Counted from the first letter of the stretch, positions 36,797-46,973 are shown. The stretch: 63,073 bases of DNA from Anaerolineales bacterium (GCA_030606845.1 JAUWFP010000001.1:1-63073), one strand, 5' to 3'. Notes: generated by a model from the sequence alone, not told the origin. Made by a program: numbers and translations.

Positions 36797-37948
36797 ATGA
36801 TCCATTTTCTTCACCTCGCGGATTTGCACCTTGGTGCGAAAACCTCGTATCTCGGCAGCAGAGCTACTGAGCGAGGCCGAGATTTCTTGGAGGCGTTCAA
36901 GCGAGCTGTTGACTTTGCCATCAGGGAGGAGATCGACTTTCTCGTTATTGCAGGCGACTTCTTCGATACTCCAAACCCCTCTGATGAAACCCTACGATTC
37001 GCCATAGCTGAGCTGAAGAAGCTGTATCAAGCAAACATTCCGGTGATTCTCACTCCTGGCAATCACGACGCAATCGGCATGCCCGGATCCGTCTATACAG
37101 ATCCCAATTCAGAGATACGAAGGCTGGTAAATTTTGTCGATACCCCGAACCCCCGTCATGTTGCCACAGAAATCATCCATGGTGAATTGGTGCACTTCTA
37201 TAGCATGGCCTGGGACTTTCAGCGTTCTAAGCCTCCTTTCGATGATTTCCATGCCCTTGATGAGCCCGGATATCACATAGCTGTGCTCCACGGCACCTTG
37301 GAAGAAGGTCGTTTTACCGATGTCCATTCGAGGGAGGTTCCTCTCAAGCTATCCAATCTAAGTGAGACATGTATGGATTACATCGCTCTGGGACATATTC
37401 ATGCGCCGCAGGAGCATGCAGCTGGTCCAATACCGGTGGTTTATCCGGGTACGCTAGAAGGTAAGCGATTCACGCCTGGGGAAGAGGGCACACGGAGTCT
37501 AGTCGTAGTTACTCTAGATGGAAAAGCTCGCCCTCAGATTGAGCGCATTCCCTGGAATCAACGCATCTTACTGAGTGCGGAAATCAACTTGAGTGAGGAG
37601 GCGGTTGAATCGGACGATGATGTGGTAGCAATAATTTGTGATAGCTACGGGGATCCTAACAAATTGCTACGCATCAAATTTACTGGAACACCGCCATTTT
37701 TCCTGGATGTGGATAAGCTATATGAAAGACTCAGCGGAGACCTCTATTGGATCGATATTCGCGATGATACGGATGTCTTTGACAGCCGACTGATTGATGA
37801 ATGGGGTCAGGAAGAGACAATTCGAGGCCTACTAGTGCGGAAGCTGAGGGATCGAATGGTGAGTATCGAAGGTGAGGAAGCCAGGCAAAAGGTCGAACTC
37901 GCAATGAAGCTGGCGATCCAAGCGCTGCAGAAATCTGTGGAGAGGTGA
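36797..37948 (+). CDS. Mre11/SbcD/YhaO-like calcineurin-type metallophosphoesterase (start uncertain: 36698, 36728 or 36797)
   Basis: MIHFLHLADLHLG (motif I), IAGDFFD (II), TPGNHD (III), VLHG, LGHIH. Confidence 0.85.
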   Translation: MIHFLHLADLHLGAKTSYLGSRATERGRDFLEAFKRAVDFAIREEIDFLVIAGDFFDTPNPSDETLRFAIAELKKLYQANIPVILTPGNHDAIGMPGSVYTDPNSEIRRLVNFVDTPNPRHVATEIIHGELVHFYSMAWDFQRSKPPFDDFHALDEPGYHIAVLHGTLEEGRFTDVHSREVPLKLSNLSETCMDYIALGHIHAPQEHAAGPIPVVYPGTLEGKRFTPGEEGTRSLVVVTLDGKARPQIERIPWNQRILLSAEINLSEEAVESDDDVVAIICDSYGDPNKLLRIKFTGTPPFFLDVDKLYERLSGDLYWIDIRDDTDVFDSRLIDEWGQEETIRGLLVRKLRDRMVSIEGEEARQKVELAMKLAIQALQKSVER

Positions 37949-37951
37949 TCG

Positions 37952-40441
37952 GTGTTTATCAAGGAGGTAAATGTCATTGGGTTGGGACCATTGAAAGATT
38001 TAACGGTGGGATTTGATGCTCCTGGGCTAAACCTGATCCTCGGCCCTAACGAATGTGGCAAATCTACATTGTGTCGTGCGATCGAGGCCATTCTGTATGG
38101 ATTTGAGAGTAAGATAGACGTAGAGGCTCAGCGCTCATGGGCCGGCGGAGATCGCATGACCGGAAGCTTGCTCCTGGAAGTGAATGGGGATTCATATTCT
38201 GTCGAAAGAGATTTTGAAACTGATCATACGAGAGTTGTGCGGTTTTCAAATGGGGAAGAGGATGTCTTATTTGATGGTGATGCGAATCCACGCGGCAGGA
38301 CAGAAGAGCCGCGACGCTATGCCGAACTACTGACACACGAATTGGGATTGCCGAGCAGAAGTATTTTCCAGAGCAGCGGTTATGTTGAACAACTGCAGCT
38401 TGAGCTCGAGATCGACGATGAACTAAGGCGACAAATTTCCGGGGCGGGGCAAGCAGATTATAAGAAAGCAGAAGAGATCTTGCGTGAGCAGTACTACTCA
38501 TTGACACGGGTTGCCCTGCCAGGCGAGCGGGCTCGCCAAAGCGATCGCAGAATCGAGGAACTTGAATCGGAAATTGAAGTCCTAAATTCAGATTTGAACG
38601 ATGCACGTGAGTACACAGAGCGAATGGCGGACCTTACAGATGAAAGGGAAAAGCTTCAAGCAGAGCAGCGTTTAAACATGGCTCAGGCAAGTGAGCTCGA
38701 TAACGAGGTCGAGGCTCTGAAAGAATACCTGGCTCTGCTAAAACGAGGGGATGAGGTTTACAAACGTGATCAAGCGGAAAAGAAACACAGGTCGCAAATT
38801 GAGAAACTGCAAAAAGAAATCAAGTTGATTGATAAAGAATTGGGAAACCAGCGGTTCTTGGTCTTTCGGGTTCAGAAAAGAGAGACAACAGATAAGCTTC
38901 GTCAATATCTACATTCCGACGCAGAGAGGACGATCGCCAAAATCGAGGGATTGCGTCAGCAGGAAAAGGCGTTACATAGAGAGATCGAAGAGGATCGTTT
39001 CACACCATTGCGACAGGCCCCAGATAACTCCAGGGAACTCTTGATGGCTCTCAAGCGGCAGCGAAGCGCGGTTTCAAATCTCGAAAAGAAGCTAGCCATC
39101 TCCGGCAGGGAAATAAAAAGGCCATCTCGACTAAGCTTGTGGGCGATTCCGTTGGGGATGCTCCTTCTTGGAGCCATTATCGGCGCCGGAATTGGGCTGT
39201 TGCTTAGAGAGACCCTCAGTTCACAAATCAATCCCTCAATCACCCCGGTATTTGGATCGTTAATTTGCGGCTCGGCATCGTTGTTTATTGGGCTGCTGTT
39301 CGTTGCATTCCTTAGCGCACGCGCGAATAAGAGATCGGTGGATCAAGTTGCCGATGAAGCCCGTCTCGAGGACATTCGAAAAGCGCTTCATGAGACTGAG
39401 GAGAAGCTGCAACCGGTCTTGTTTGCGGCTAGGGGCGAGATAGCGGTCAACGTTCTTCTGGAACGATGGGAGGCCTTGAAGGAGAAGAGAGAGGCGCTCG
39501 ATAAACTGCTTGCTGAAAGGCAGGTTCATGAGACGCGCGATGTATTGAAGCTCCGCAAAGATCCTGAGCTAATGAAGATACTCGGCACGGCAAGCGCTGA
39601 AGTTCTGCGCGAGCGCCTCGGCCATTTTGATGAATTGCAAGGCAGGAGAAAGGCAAGTCTGGAAACCCTGAGTGGATTGGATCATGGAGAGACTATCGCT
39701 GAGGAATCTGAAAATCCTGAAAGGGAGCTGCAAGAGATTCTAGCACGGATTGGCAGCATCCAGAGAACTTATCCTTCGTTTGAAGGATATAAGAAAAATA
39801 CGGATGCAGGCCGCGCCCGGCTGGAGAGGAAACAAAAGGAGCTAGAAAAAGTTCGAACCGCTCAGCAGGGTATTGAGAATGGTTTGCATCAAATTGATAT
39901 CGATGAAACGGAATTGCGCGTAAGCTTTAAAGCAAGCGTGGTTTTGTTGGAGGAAGAAATCGAGCAGAACGAAAATCAACTCACATTCCTTAAGTCTCGC
40001 GGTGAGGCTTTAGGGATTGCGATTGAGGTGTTGCGTGAATCGATTGAAGAATACGAGAGGGGCCATCTCGCGCGGCTTTCTCGCTGTACATCGGACTACT
40101 TCAGCAGGTTTACGTCGGGCCGTTATGCGGCGGTGGATATTGAGCACGGACACGATCTTCGTGTAGATCGAGCCGATGAAGATTACTTCTCCATCGATTT
40201 GCTTAGTATTGGTGCGCGGGATCAGCTTTTTTTCGCTTTGCGACTCGCCGTTGCGGATCTCTTGGCCTCCGATGTTAAGCTTCCACTTGTGCTCGACGAT
40301 CCATTTGTCAATTTTGATGATGAACGCTTGATCGCAGTGAAAGGCGTGGTGGTAGAGATTGCCAAAGAGCGCCAAGTGATTCTTTTGGTCCACGATTACC
40401 GCTTTAAGGAATGGCCCGGAACGTTTTTCGAGTTTCGCTAG
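37952..40441 (+). CDS. Rad50/SbcC/YhaN-like AAA ATPase with a long coiled coil interrupted by two predicted TM helices (829 aa, GTG start)
   Basis: Walker A GPNECGKST, C-terminal Walker B/D-loop PLVLDDPFVNFD, extensive heptad-like E/K/L/R sequence, and a hydrophobic hairpin LWAIPLGMLLLGAIIGAGIGLLL...FGSLICGSASLFIGLLFVAFL at about nt 39120-39340. GGAGGTGA RBS. Confidence 0.85.
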   Translation: MFIKEVNVIGLGPLKDLTVGFDAPGLNLILGPNECGKSTLCRAIEAILYGFESKIDVEAQRSWAGGDRMTGSLLLEVNGDSYSVERDFETDHTRVVRFSNGEEDVLFDGDANPRGRTEEPRRYAELLTHELGLPSRSIFQSSGYVEQLQLELEIDDELRRQISGAGQADYKKAEEILREQYYSLTRVALPGERARQSDRRIEELESEIEVLNSDLNDAREYTERMADLTDEREKLQAEQRLNMAQASELDNEVEALKEYLALLKRGDEVYKRDQAEKKHRSQIEKLQKEIKLIDKELGNQRFLVFRVQKRETTDKLRQYLHSDAERTIAKIEGLRQQEKALHREIEEDRFTPLRQAPDNSRELLMALKRQRSAVSNLEKKLAISGREIKRPSRLSLWAIPLGMLLLGAIIGAGIGLLLRETLSSQINPSITPVFGSLICGSASLFIGLLFVAFLSARANKRSVDQVADEARLEDIRKALHETEEKLQPVLFAARGEIAVNVLLERWEALKEKREALDKLLAERQVHETRDVLKLRKDPELMKILGTASAEVLRERLGHFDELQGRRKASLETLSGLDHGETIAEESENPERELQEILARIGSIQRTYPSFEGYKKNTDAGRARLERKQKELEKVRTAQQGIENGLHQIDIDETELRVSFKASVVLLEEEIEQNENQLTFLKSRGEALGIAIEVLRESIEEYERGHLARLSRCTSDYFSRFTSGRYAAVDIEHGHDLRVDRADEDYFSIDLLSIGARDQLFFALRLAVADLLASDVKLPLVLDDPFVNFDDERLIAVKGVVVEIAKERQVILLVHDYRFKEWPGTFFEFR

Positions 40442-40587
40442 CATGAGAGGCGTTCAGCTTTCGATTTATAGGAGATTGGTTCTTCGTTTTCGGCTTTTGA
40501 AAGAATAGGGATGGGAAAGTAATGTACATCCTGATTAGATGTATAAGTGCATCATTAATGCAACACGATCTGAACATCCAGAGATAA

Positions 40588-40686
40588 ATCCCCTGCAGGA
40601 AGGCGGGGAGGCGCTGGAGGTTTCATCGCGAGGCAATCGATAGATGGCTGGGGAATAATCCTCAATCTCGTGAGCTCCCAAAATAG
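40588..40686 (+). pseudogene. Truncated 3' remnant of a second excisionase-family HTH gene
   Basis: It translates to IPCRKAGRRWRFHREAIDRWLGNN..., compared with RIPCQKAGRRWRFHRQAIDRWLGNG in 36532-36735. An in-frame TAA lies immediately upstream and no N-terminal HTH is recoverable in frame. Confidence 0.7.
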
Positions 40687-40730
40687 CCATGTAATTTGTC
40701 CCGTGCTTGAATTTACTGAAGGGTTGCTAA

Positions 40731-43700
40731 ATGGATGTCTTTGCACTTCGTAATAAGCTCATTGATGACTACGCCTCATATGTCACCAGCTTTATAGAAA
40801 TTAAAGACGAACACATCCTTGAAGTTGTCCGTCGAGAAATCGCCGATGGCTTGATGTGGCCAGACCCGCTCATTCAACTTAACCCAGCCTTCGAGCCAGG
40901 AGCTTCAATTGATGAACTTGCCTCGGAAGGATTACTTCACGAAGAGTGCAGCAAGATTTTCAGACTCAAAGATGATCCTAAGAACCATGGTAAATCGTTA
41001 CGCCTTCATAAGCATCAGGATGAAGCAATAAGGATTGGCCTTGAGGGCTACAACTTTGTTCTGACCACTGGCACTGGATCTGGAAAAAGCCTGGCTTATA
41101 TCATTCCAATTGTGAATCATGTATTACAACGGGGCAGCGGAAAAGGGACGCAAGCGATTATCGTTTACCCGATGAATGCGCTTGCAAACAGCCAGATCGG
41201 TGAGCTGGAGAAGTTTATTAACTATGGATATCCGGACGAAAAGGGGCCGATAACTTTTGAGCGGTATACAGGACAGGAGAACTTCGAAGAGAAAAACCGC
41301 ATAATGTCTGACCCTCCGGACATTCTCCTCACCAACTATGTCATGTTGGAACTCATCCTCACCCGACCTCAAGAGAGGAGGACGTTAGTAAACGCGGCGA
41401 AAGGACTCCGTTTCCTGGTACTCGATGAGCTTCATACCTATCGAGGGAGGCAAGGGGCAGACGTAGCAATGCTTGTGCGGCGTGTTCGTGATGCCCTCTT
41501 GTCGGAAGACATGCAGTGTATAGGTACTTCAGCAACGTTGGCTGGTTCTGGAACCTACGAAGAGCAACGAAGAGAGGTCGCGGCTGTTGCTTCACAAATC
41601 TTTGGAGAACACGTTAAACCCGAGCATATCATTGGGGAAACCCTAAGGCGTGCTACCCCCGAAAGGGATTTAAACGATCCGGTATTTGTAGACCAGCTTC
41701 GAGAGCGCATCCAAGGCATTGATCAGATGGCGCCCACTGACTATGAAACCTTTGTCCGTGATCCACTCTCTATATGGATTGAAAGCATGTTTGGGATTCG
41801 TAAGGAGCCAGGAAATGGTCGACTCATACGGGCGGTGCCGCGAAGCATATCAGGTGATAATGGCGCAGCGGGGGAAATGAGCCGGCTCATAGATCTTGAG
41901 GAGTCAAAGTGCGGGAAGGCTTTAGAGGAAGGTCTATTGGCTGCCTATCGCTTCCATACCAATTCTGATTTAGGCTTCCCGCCATTTGCTTTTCGTCTTC
42001 ACCAATTCATTAGGCGTGGCGATACGGTGTACGCATCGCTTGAAGGAGAGGAAAAGCGCCACATTACAGTTTATGGTCAACAATTCGTTCCCGGAGATCG
42101 GAAACGGATTCTCCTACCATTAGTCTTTTGCCGAGAATGTGGTCAGGAGTACTATTCTGTGCGCTTGGGAGTTGGTGAAGATGAAAGGAGAGTGCTCTTC
42201 CCGCGTGATCTTTCCGACCGTCAGAAAGATGACACAGGAGAGGCTGGTTTTGTTTTCTTCAGCACTTCCGATCCGTGGCCAGACGACTCTGAGGCTGTTC
42301 TCGAGCGGTTGCCTGATGATTGGGTCGAGGAACATAGGGGAGCGTTGCGAGTTCGTAGAAACCGGAAGAAGGATTTACCACGCAAGGTAAGATTTGCCAC
42401 CAGTGGATGGGAATCCGATGAGGGCATCGATACCTGCTTTATCGGAGCACCGTTCCGTTTCTGCTTAAGCTGCGGTGTTGCTTATGATTTTCGTCAGCGG
42501 TCCGATTTCATGAAGCTCACGGCATTAGGGACCGGAGGGCGTAGTACCGCGACGACCATATTGAGTCTAGCCGCAATCCGAAGCTTACGTAAAGACGAGT
42601 CCCTACCCGAAGAGGCGAGAAAGCTTCTCAGCTTCACCGACAACCGACAGGACGCGGCGTTGCAGTCTGGGCACTTTAATGACTTTGTCGAAGTGGCGAT
42701 CCTTCGTGCAGGTCTCTACCATTCAGCCGTAGCTGCAGGCAAAGATGGCATAAGCCACGACGAGTTAACCCAAAAAGTCTTCGACGCCTTGCAGTTACCA
42801 CTTGAGATCTACGCTGTAGATCCAGTAGTACGATTTCAGGCTAAGGCTGAAACGGAACAAGCTTTTCGGGATGTACTTGGGTATCGTTTATACCGGGACC
42901 TGAGGCGAGGTTGGCGTATCATCTCTCCTAATCTTGAGCAATGTGGATTGCTTGAGATCCATTACAAGTCCCTTGAGGATGTCTGCCAGGCTGAAGATGT
43001 TTGGGAAGGTAAACATCCTGCTTTAGTCTCCGCTAGCGTAGATATCCGTATCAAGGTCGCAAAAACTTTATTGGACTTCATGCGAAGAGAGTTGGCGATT
43101 AAGGTTGATTATCTGGATCGGACCTATCAAGAACGGATTCAACAGCGCAGCAGCCAGCGTTTGATCGCACCCTGGGCTATCGATGAGAACGAGAAGTTGG
43201 AATTCGCTGCCGAACTCTATCCAAGACCGAGAGGGCAGTGGGATTCCCGTGAGAATGTTTTTCTTTCAGCTCGTGGTGGATTTGGGCAATACCTTCGAAG
43301 ATCGCCAACCTTTCCAGAGTATGGCGATAAATTAAAACTCGAAGATACTCGATTGATCATTGAGGATTTGCTTGAAGGACTCAAGGTCGCCGGTCTTGTT
43401 GAGGTTGTCAGAGAACCTAAGAATAAGGACGACGTTCCGGGATATCAGCTTCCGGCATCAGCTTTAACGTGGAGGGCAGGGGATGGCATAAGAGCTTTCC
43501 ATGATCCTATAAGGATACCCGCTCAGCCCGAAGAAGGTGGTCAGACGAACCGTTTCTTCGTGGAGTTCTATAAAAATGTCGCTGGTAGCCTGCAAGGTAT
43601 TGAAGCCAGAGAGCACACTGCGCAAGTTGATTATGATGACCGTCAAGATCGCGAAGAAAGATTTCGTGATGCAAGACTTCCAATTCTTTTCTGTTCACCA

Positions 43701-45905
43701 ACCATGGAGCTTGGCGTCGATATCTCAGAGCTCAATGTGGTCAACATGCGGAACATTCCGCCGACTCCATCCAACTATGCGCAACGAAGTGGTCGCGCAG
43801 GACGTAGCGGTCAACCGGCGCTCGTCTATTCCTATTGTGCGGTCGGCAATTCGCATGATCAGTACTTCTTCAAACGACCAAACCTCATGGTGGCCGGAGC
43901 GGTTACGCCGCCCCGCCTGGATCTTGCCAATGAAGACCTGGTTCGCGCGCACATTCAAGCGATCTGGCTCGCGGAAACGAATGTCTCTCTTGGTTCTTCG
44001 CTAAAAGACGTCCTTGACCTTGAAAGCGAAGATCCTTCCCTTGAACTCCTGGATTTCGTGAGAGGTAGCATCGAAAGCGATAGGCCGCGGCAGCGTGCCA
44101 AAGAAAGAGCGAAAAAGCTTCTGGGATCGATCGAGAATGAGCTACAAGCGTCCGATTGGCACAGCGATCACTGGCTGGATGAGGTCTTTGATCAGATCAT
44201 TCTCAGATTTGACCAGGCTTGTGATCGGTGGCGAGGGTTGTACCGTTCAGCACTTCAGCAGAGCAACCTTCAAACCCGGGTTGTTCAGGATGCGTCGCGG
44301 AGCCAGAGAGATAAGAATCAAGCCAAGCGCCTCCGTCGAGAAGCCGAGAGCCAGCTTGATCTCCTAACGGATGCGAAGAGCGTGGTTCAATCCGATTTCT
44401 ACAGTTACCGTTATTTCGCCAGTGAGGGGTTTCTCCCAGGATATAGCTTTCCGAGGCTGCCATTATCCGCCTATATTCCAGGTCGCCGTCGCAAGAAGTC
44501 GGATGGCGAATATATCAACCGACCTCGTTTCCTGGCGATCTCGGAGTTCGGCCCGCGGTCAATTGTCTACCACGAAGGCTCTCGCTACATTATCAATAAA
44601 GTGATTCTGCCTGTAGAGGCCGAGGAGGAGCAACCCGCCACAGGGATGGCAAAGCAATGTCCGCTTTGCAGCTACTTGCATCCAATCGCTGAGGGGGATG
44701 GTCCAGATCTTTGTGAACACTGCCGGGCGCCTCTGGATCAACCAATGCGGAATCTGTTCCGTTTGCAAAACGTCTCCACAAAGCGTCGCGATCGGATTAG
44801 TTCCGACGAAGAGGAGCGTCTGCGGCAAGGGTATGAAATCTGTACAGGTATCCGTTTCAGCGAGCAGGATGGTCGGCCCAAATTTAGATCAGCGGCGGTT
44901 GAACGAGATGGCGAAGTGTTGTTGAGGTTCAAGTATGGCAGTGCGGCAACGTTGTGGCGTATCAACCTTGGATGGAGGCGTCGAGCGAATCCGAATCTAT
45001 TCGGTTTCGTGCTTGATCTTGAACGAGGTTATTGGGCGCGGAGTGAACAACAAGCCGAAGAAGATCCTGAGGATCCGATGAGCGTTCGCACAAAGCGCGT
45101 GATCCCCTACGTCGAAGACCGACGCAATTGCTTAATCCTTGAACCGACCGAGACCTTGGATGGAGCTGTCATGGCATCCCTCCAGGCGGCGTTGAAAAAC
45201 GCGATCCAGGTTGAGTATCAGCTCGAAGATAATGAGCTGGCAGCGGAACCACTCCCCAGCCGCGACAAGCGCAAAATGATCCTGTTTTACGAAGCAGCAG
45301 AGGGTGGCGCTGGCGTTCTGAGACGACTCGTGGATGACAATGATGCGTTTTCAAAGGTTGCCAAACAGGCATTGTCGCTTTGTCACTTCGATCCTGAGAC
45401 CGGTGAAGATCTTCGCCGGGCGCCACGGTCGCGAGAAGACTGCGAGGCGGCCTGCTACGACTGCATGATGAGCTACACCAATCAAATGGATCACCAGCTC
45501 CTAGACCGGCAAGAAATCAAAGATATCCTTTTGAAGTTTGCTGGATCAAAGGTGAAGAGCGCTCCGGCTCCGACTTCGAGGGCCGAGCATCTGGCTCGAC
45601 TGATGAATCTTGCCGGATCGGAGCTCGAGAAAAACTGGCTTCAATTTCTCGAGGAGCATAATTACCGTTTGCCATCACATGCCCAGAGGTTCGTTGATAA
45701 ATGCAAAACCAGACCTGACTTCTTCTATAAGGACTATCTCACTGCGATTTATATTGACGGTCCCCATCACGACTATCCTGACCGAGCGGAACGAGATAAG
45801 GAAAGACAAGAGTGCATGGAAGACTTGGGATTTACCGTGATCCGCTTCAGCCATACAGATGACTGGGAGCCCATTGTGGGAAGATATCCGAATATTTTTG
45901 GATAG
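40731..45905 (+). CDS. Giant DEAD/DEAH-box helicase fused to DUF1998 (MrfA-type Zn module) and a C-terminal DUF559/Vsr-like endonuclease fold (1724 aa); DrmA/DrmB- or DruE-like
   Basis: Motif I TGTGSGKS, II LDELH, III TSAT, VI QRSGRAGRSGQ, with about 700 aa inserted between the RecA lobes. The DUF1998-like part is FLPGYSFPRLPL...CPLCSY...CEHC. The C-terminus is RPDFFYKDYLTAIYIDGPHHDYPDRAERDKERQECMEDLGFTVIRF. Confidence 0.9.
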   Translation: MDVFALRNKLIDDYASYVTSFIEIKDEHILEVVRREIADGLMWPDPLIQLNPAFEPGASIDELASEGLLHEECSKIFRLKDDPKNHGKSLRLHKHQDEAIRIGLEGYNFVLTTGTGSGKSLAYIIPIVNHVLQRGSGKGTQAIIVYPMNALANSQIGELEKFINYGYPDEKGPITFERYTGQENFEEKNRIMSDPPDILLTNYVMLELILTRPQERRTLVNAAKGLRFLVLDELHTYRGRQGADVAMLVRRVRDALLSEDMQCIGTSATLAGSGTYEEQRREVAAVASQIFGEHVKPEHIIGETLRRATPERDLNDPVFVDQLRERIQGIDQMAPTDYETFVRDPLSIWIESMFGIRKEPGNGRLIRAVPRSISGDNGAAGEMSRLIDLEESKCGKALEEGLLAAYRFHTNSDLGFPPFAFRLHQFIRRGDTVYASLEGEEKRHITVYGQQFVPGDRKRILLPLVFCRECGQEYYSVRLGVGEDERRVLFPRDLSDRQKDDTGEAGFVFFSTSDPWPDDSEAVLERLPDDWVEEHRGALRVRRNRKKDLPRKVRFATSGWESDEGIDTCFIGAPFRFCLSCGVAYDFRQRSDFMKLTALGTGGRSTATTILSLAAIRSLRKDESLPEEARKLLSFTDNRQDAALQSGHFNDFVEVAILRAGLYHSAVAAGKDGISHDELTQKVFDALQLPLEIYAVDPVVRFQAKAETEQAFRDVLGYRLYRDLRRGWRIISPNLEQCGLLEIHYKSLEDVCQAEDVWEGKHPALVSASVDIRIKVAKTLLDFMRRELAIKVDYLDRTYQERIQQRSSQRLIAPWAIDENEKLEFAAELYPRPRGQWDSRENVFLSARGGFGQYLRRSPTFPEYGDKLKLEDTRLIIEDLLEGLKVAGLVEVVREPKNKDDVPGYQLPASALTWRAGDGIRAFHDPIRIPAQPEEGGQTNRFFVEFYKNVAGSLQGIEAREHTAQVDYDDRQDREERFRDARLPILFCSPTMELGVDISELNVVNMRNIPPTPSNYAQRSGRAGRSGQPALVYSYCAVGNSHDQYFFKRPNLMVAGAVTPPRLDLANEDLVRAHIQAIWLAETNVSLGSSLKDVLDLESEDPSLELLDFVRGSIESDRPRQRAKERAKKLLGSIENELQASDWHSDHWLDEVFDQIILRFDQACDRWRGLYRSALQQSNLQTRVVQDASRSQRDKNQAKRLRREAESQLDLLTDAKSVVQSDFYSYRYFASEGFLPGYSFPRLPLSAYIPGRRRKKSDGEYINRPRFLAISEFGPRSIVYHEGSRYIINKVILPVEAEEEQPATGMAKQCPLCSYLHPIAEGDGPDLCEHCRAPLDQPMRNLFRLQNVSTKRRDRISSDEEERLRQGYEICTGIRFSEQDGRPKFRSAAVERDGEVLLRFKYGSAATLWRINLGWRRRANPNLFGFVLDLERGYWARSEQQAEEDPEDPMSVRTKRVIPYVEDRRNCLILEPTETLDGAVMASLQAALKNAIQVEYQLEDNELAAEPLPSRDKRKMILFYEAAEGGAGVLRRLVDDNDAFSKVAKQALSLCHFDPETGEDLRRAPRSREDCEAACYDCMMSYTNQMDHQLLDRQEIKDILLKFAGSKVKSAPAPTSRAEHLARLMNLAGSELEKNWLQFLEEHNYRLPSHAQRFVDKCKTRPDFFYKDYLTAIYIDGPHHDYPDRAERDKERQECMEDLGFTVIRFSHTDDWEPIVGRYPNIFG

Positions 45906-45929
45906 TGAGTGAAGAAAGGAAGGATTAGA

Positions 45930-46904
45930 ATGAGTAAGATGGTGAGCAAAGATCATGAGGAAGGAAAGCCACGCTGGTCCTATCCACGTCACAAAGAGTT
46001 CAGGAAAGAGTTAGAGGCCGCCGCTTCAAGCTGGTTTTCTGATAATAAGAAACCAATAGGAAATAAAGCCCCTTATATCCTTGCCTCTCACAAAGACTGG
46101 CCAGAAAACATAATCCTGCCTTGTGTTGCAGAGTATGTGCTTTCTGAGCAAGACTCACGGTCGGAAAGAGGTGAGGGGTTTCCGCTCCATAGGTGGATCC
46201 ATCACGGTCTCAGCAGCCAGGCCATGCTATTCAATCTTGTGGGTCCACTCATTATCTCTAATGATCTTGAGCCACTGCGTGAAACTCTCAAAGCCTTTTA
46301 TATTCCTTGGCCTAAAGGGAATACAGTGGGCCGGTTCGAAATTGAGGATCGGGAGGTATTCCATGAGTGGCAAGGTCAACCAACATCGATTGATCTCGCA
46401 ATTGAGGACGGCCCTGACAGCCACACAATCTTTGTAGAAGCAAAGTTAGTCGAGCAAGAATTTGGAGGGTGCTCTGTCTTTTCTAACGGTGATTGTGATG
46501 GTCAGAACCCGGCCTCTGACCATTCACTTTGTTATCTACACCACATTGGCCGTTCTTATTGGGAGCGACTTGATGAATTCGGCTTCCTGTTTGGGCCGAT
46601 GAAAGACAGCCCGGTCTGTCTATTGTCGCAGTACTATCAATTCTTTCGGGAGATCCTGTTTACATTTGTCAAGTACGGCTATTTCATTCTGCTGGTTGAT
46701 AGGCGTAACCCCACTTTCTCAAGAGAGGGAGACCATGGAACCCGTGGACTCTTCCCCTTTTTGATCAGTTTTGTGCCTGAAGAGCACAGGAATCGAATAT
46801 GGCTTGTCACTGTGCAAGACCTTTTGAAGTCGATCCAGGATTCAGGGAGACACAACGATTGGGTTAGTGAGTTCAGGAGCAAATATGGGATTTATGTGGT
46901 CTAA
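45930..46904 (+). CDS. Hypothetical PD-(D/E)XK-like nuclease (324 aa from the ATG at 45930)
   Basis: HHGLSSQAMLFNLVGPL and IDLAIED...IFVEAKLVEQE (D...ExK). GAAAGGAAGG RBS. Confidence 0.7.
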   Translation: MSKMVSKDHEEGKPRWSYPRHKEFRKELEAAASSWFSDNKKPIGNKAPYILASHKDWPENIILPCVAEYVLSEQDSRSERGEGFPLHRWIHHGLSSQAMLFNLVGPLIISNDLEPLRETLKAFYIPWPKGNTVGRFEIEDREVFHEWQGQPTSIDLAIEDGPDSHTIFVEAKLVEQEFGGCSVFSNGDCDGQNPASDHSLCYLHHIGRSYWERLDEFGFLFGPMKDSPVCLLSQYYQFFREILFTFVKYGYFILLVDRRNPTFSREGDHGTRGLFPFLISFVPEEHRNRIWLVTVQDLLKSIQDSGRHNDWVSEFRSKYGIYVV

Positions 46905-46973
46905 ATGCATTCAAGGGTTGATGAGAACAAGTCCGGCCTGCTTATCGTTTCAGATGTTTGAAGGATTAGGCGA

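Noticed and set aside
40555-40746. 63-aa minus-strand ORF upstream of the giant helicase
   Set aside because: It is the antisense of the truncated HTH remnant. The plus-strand frame shows clear homology to 36532-36735.
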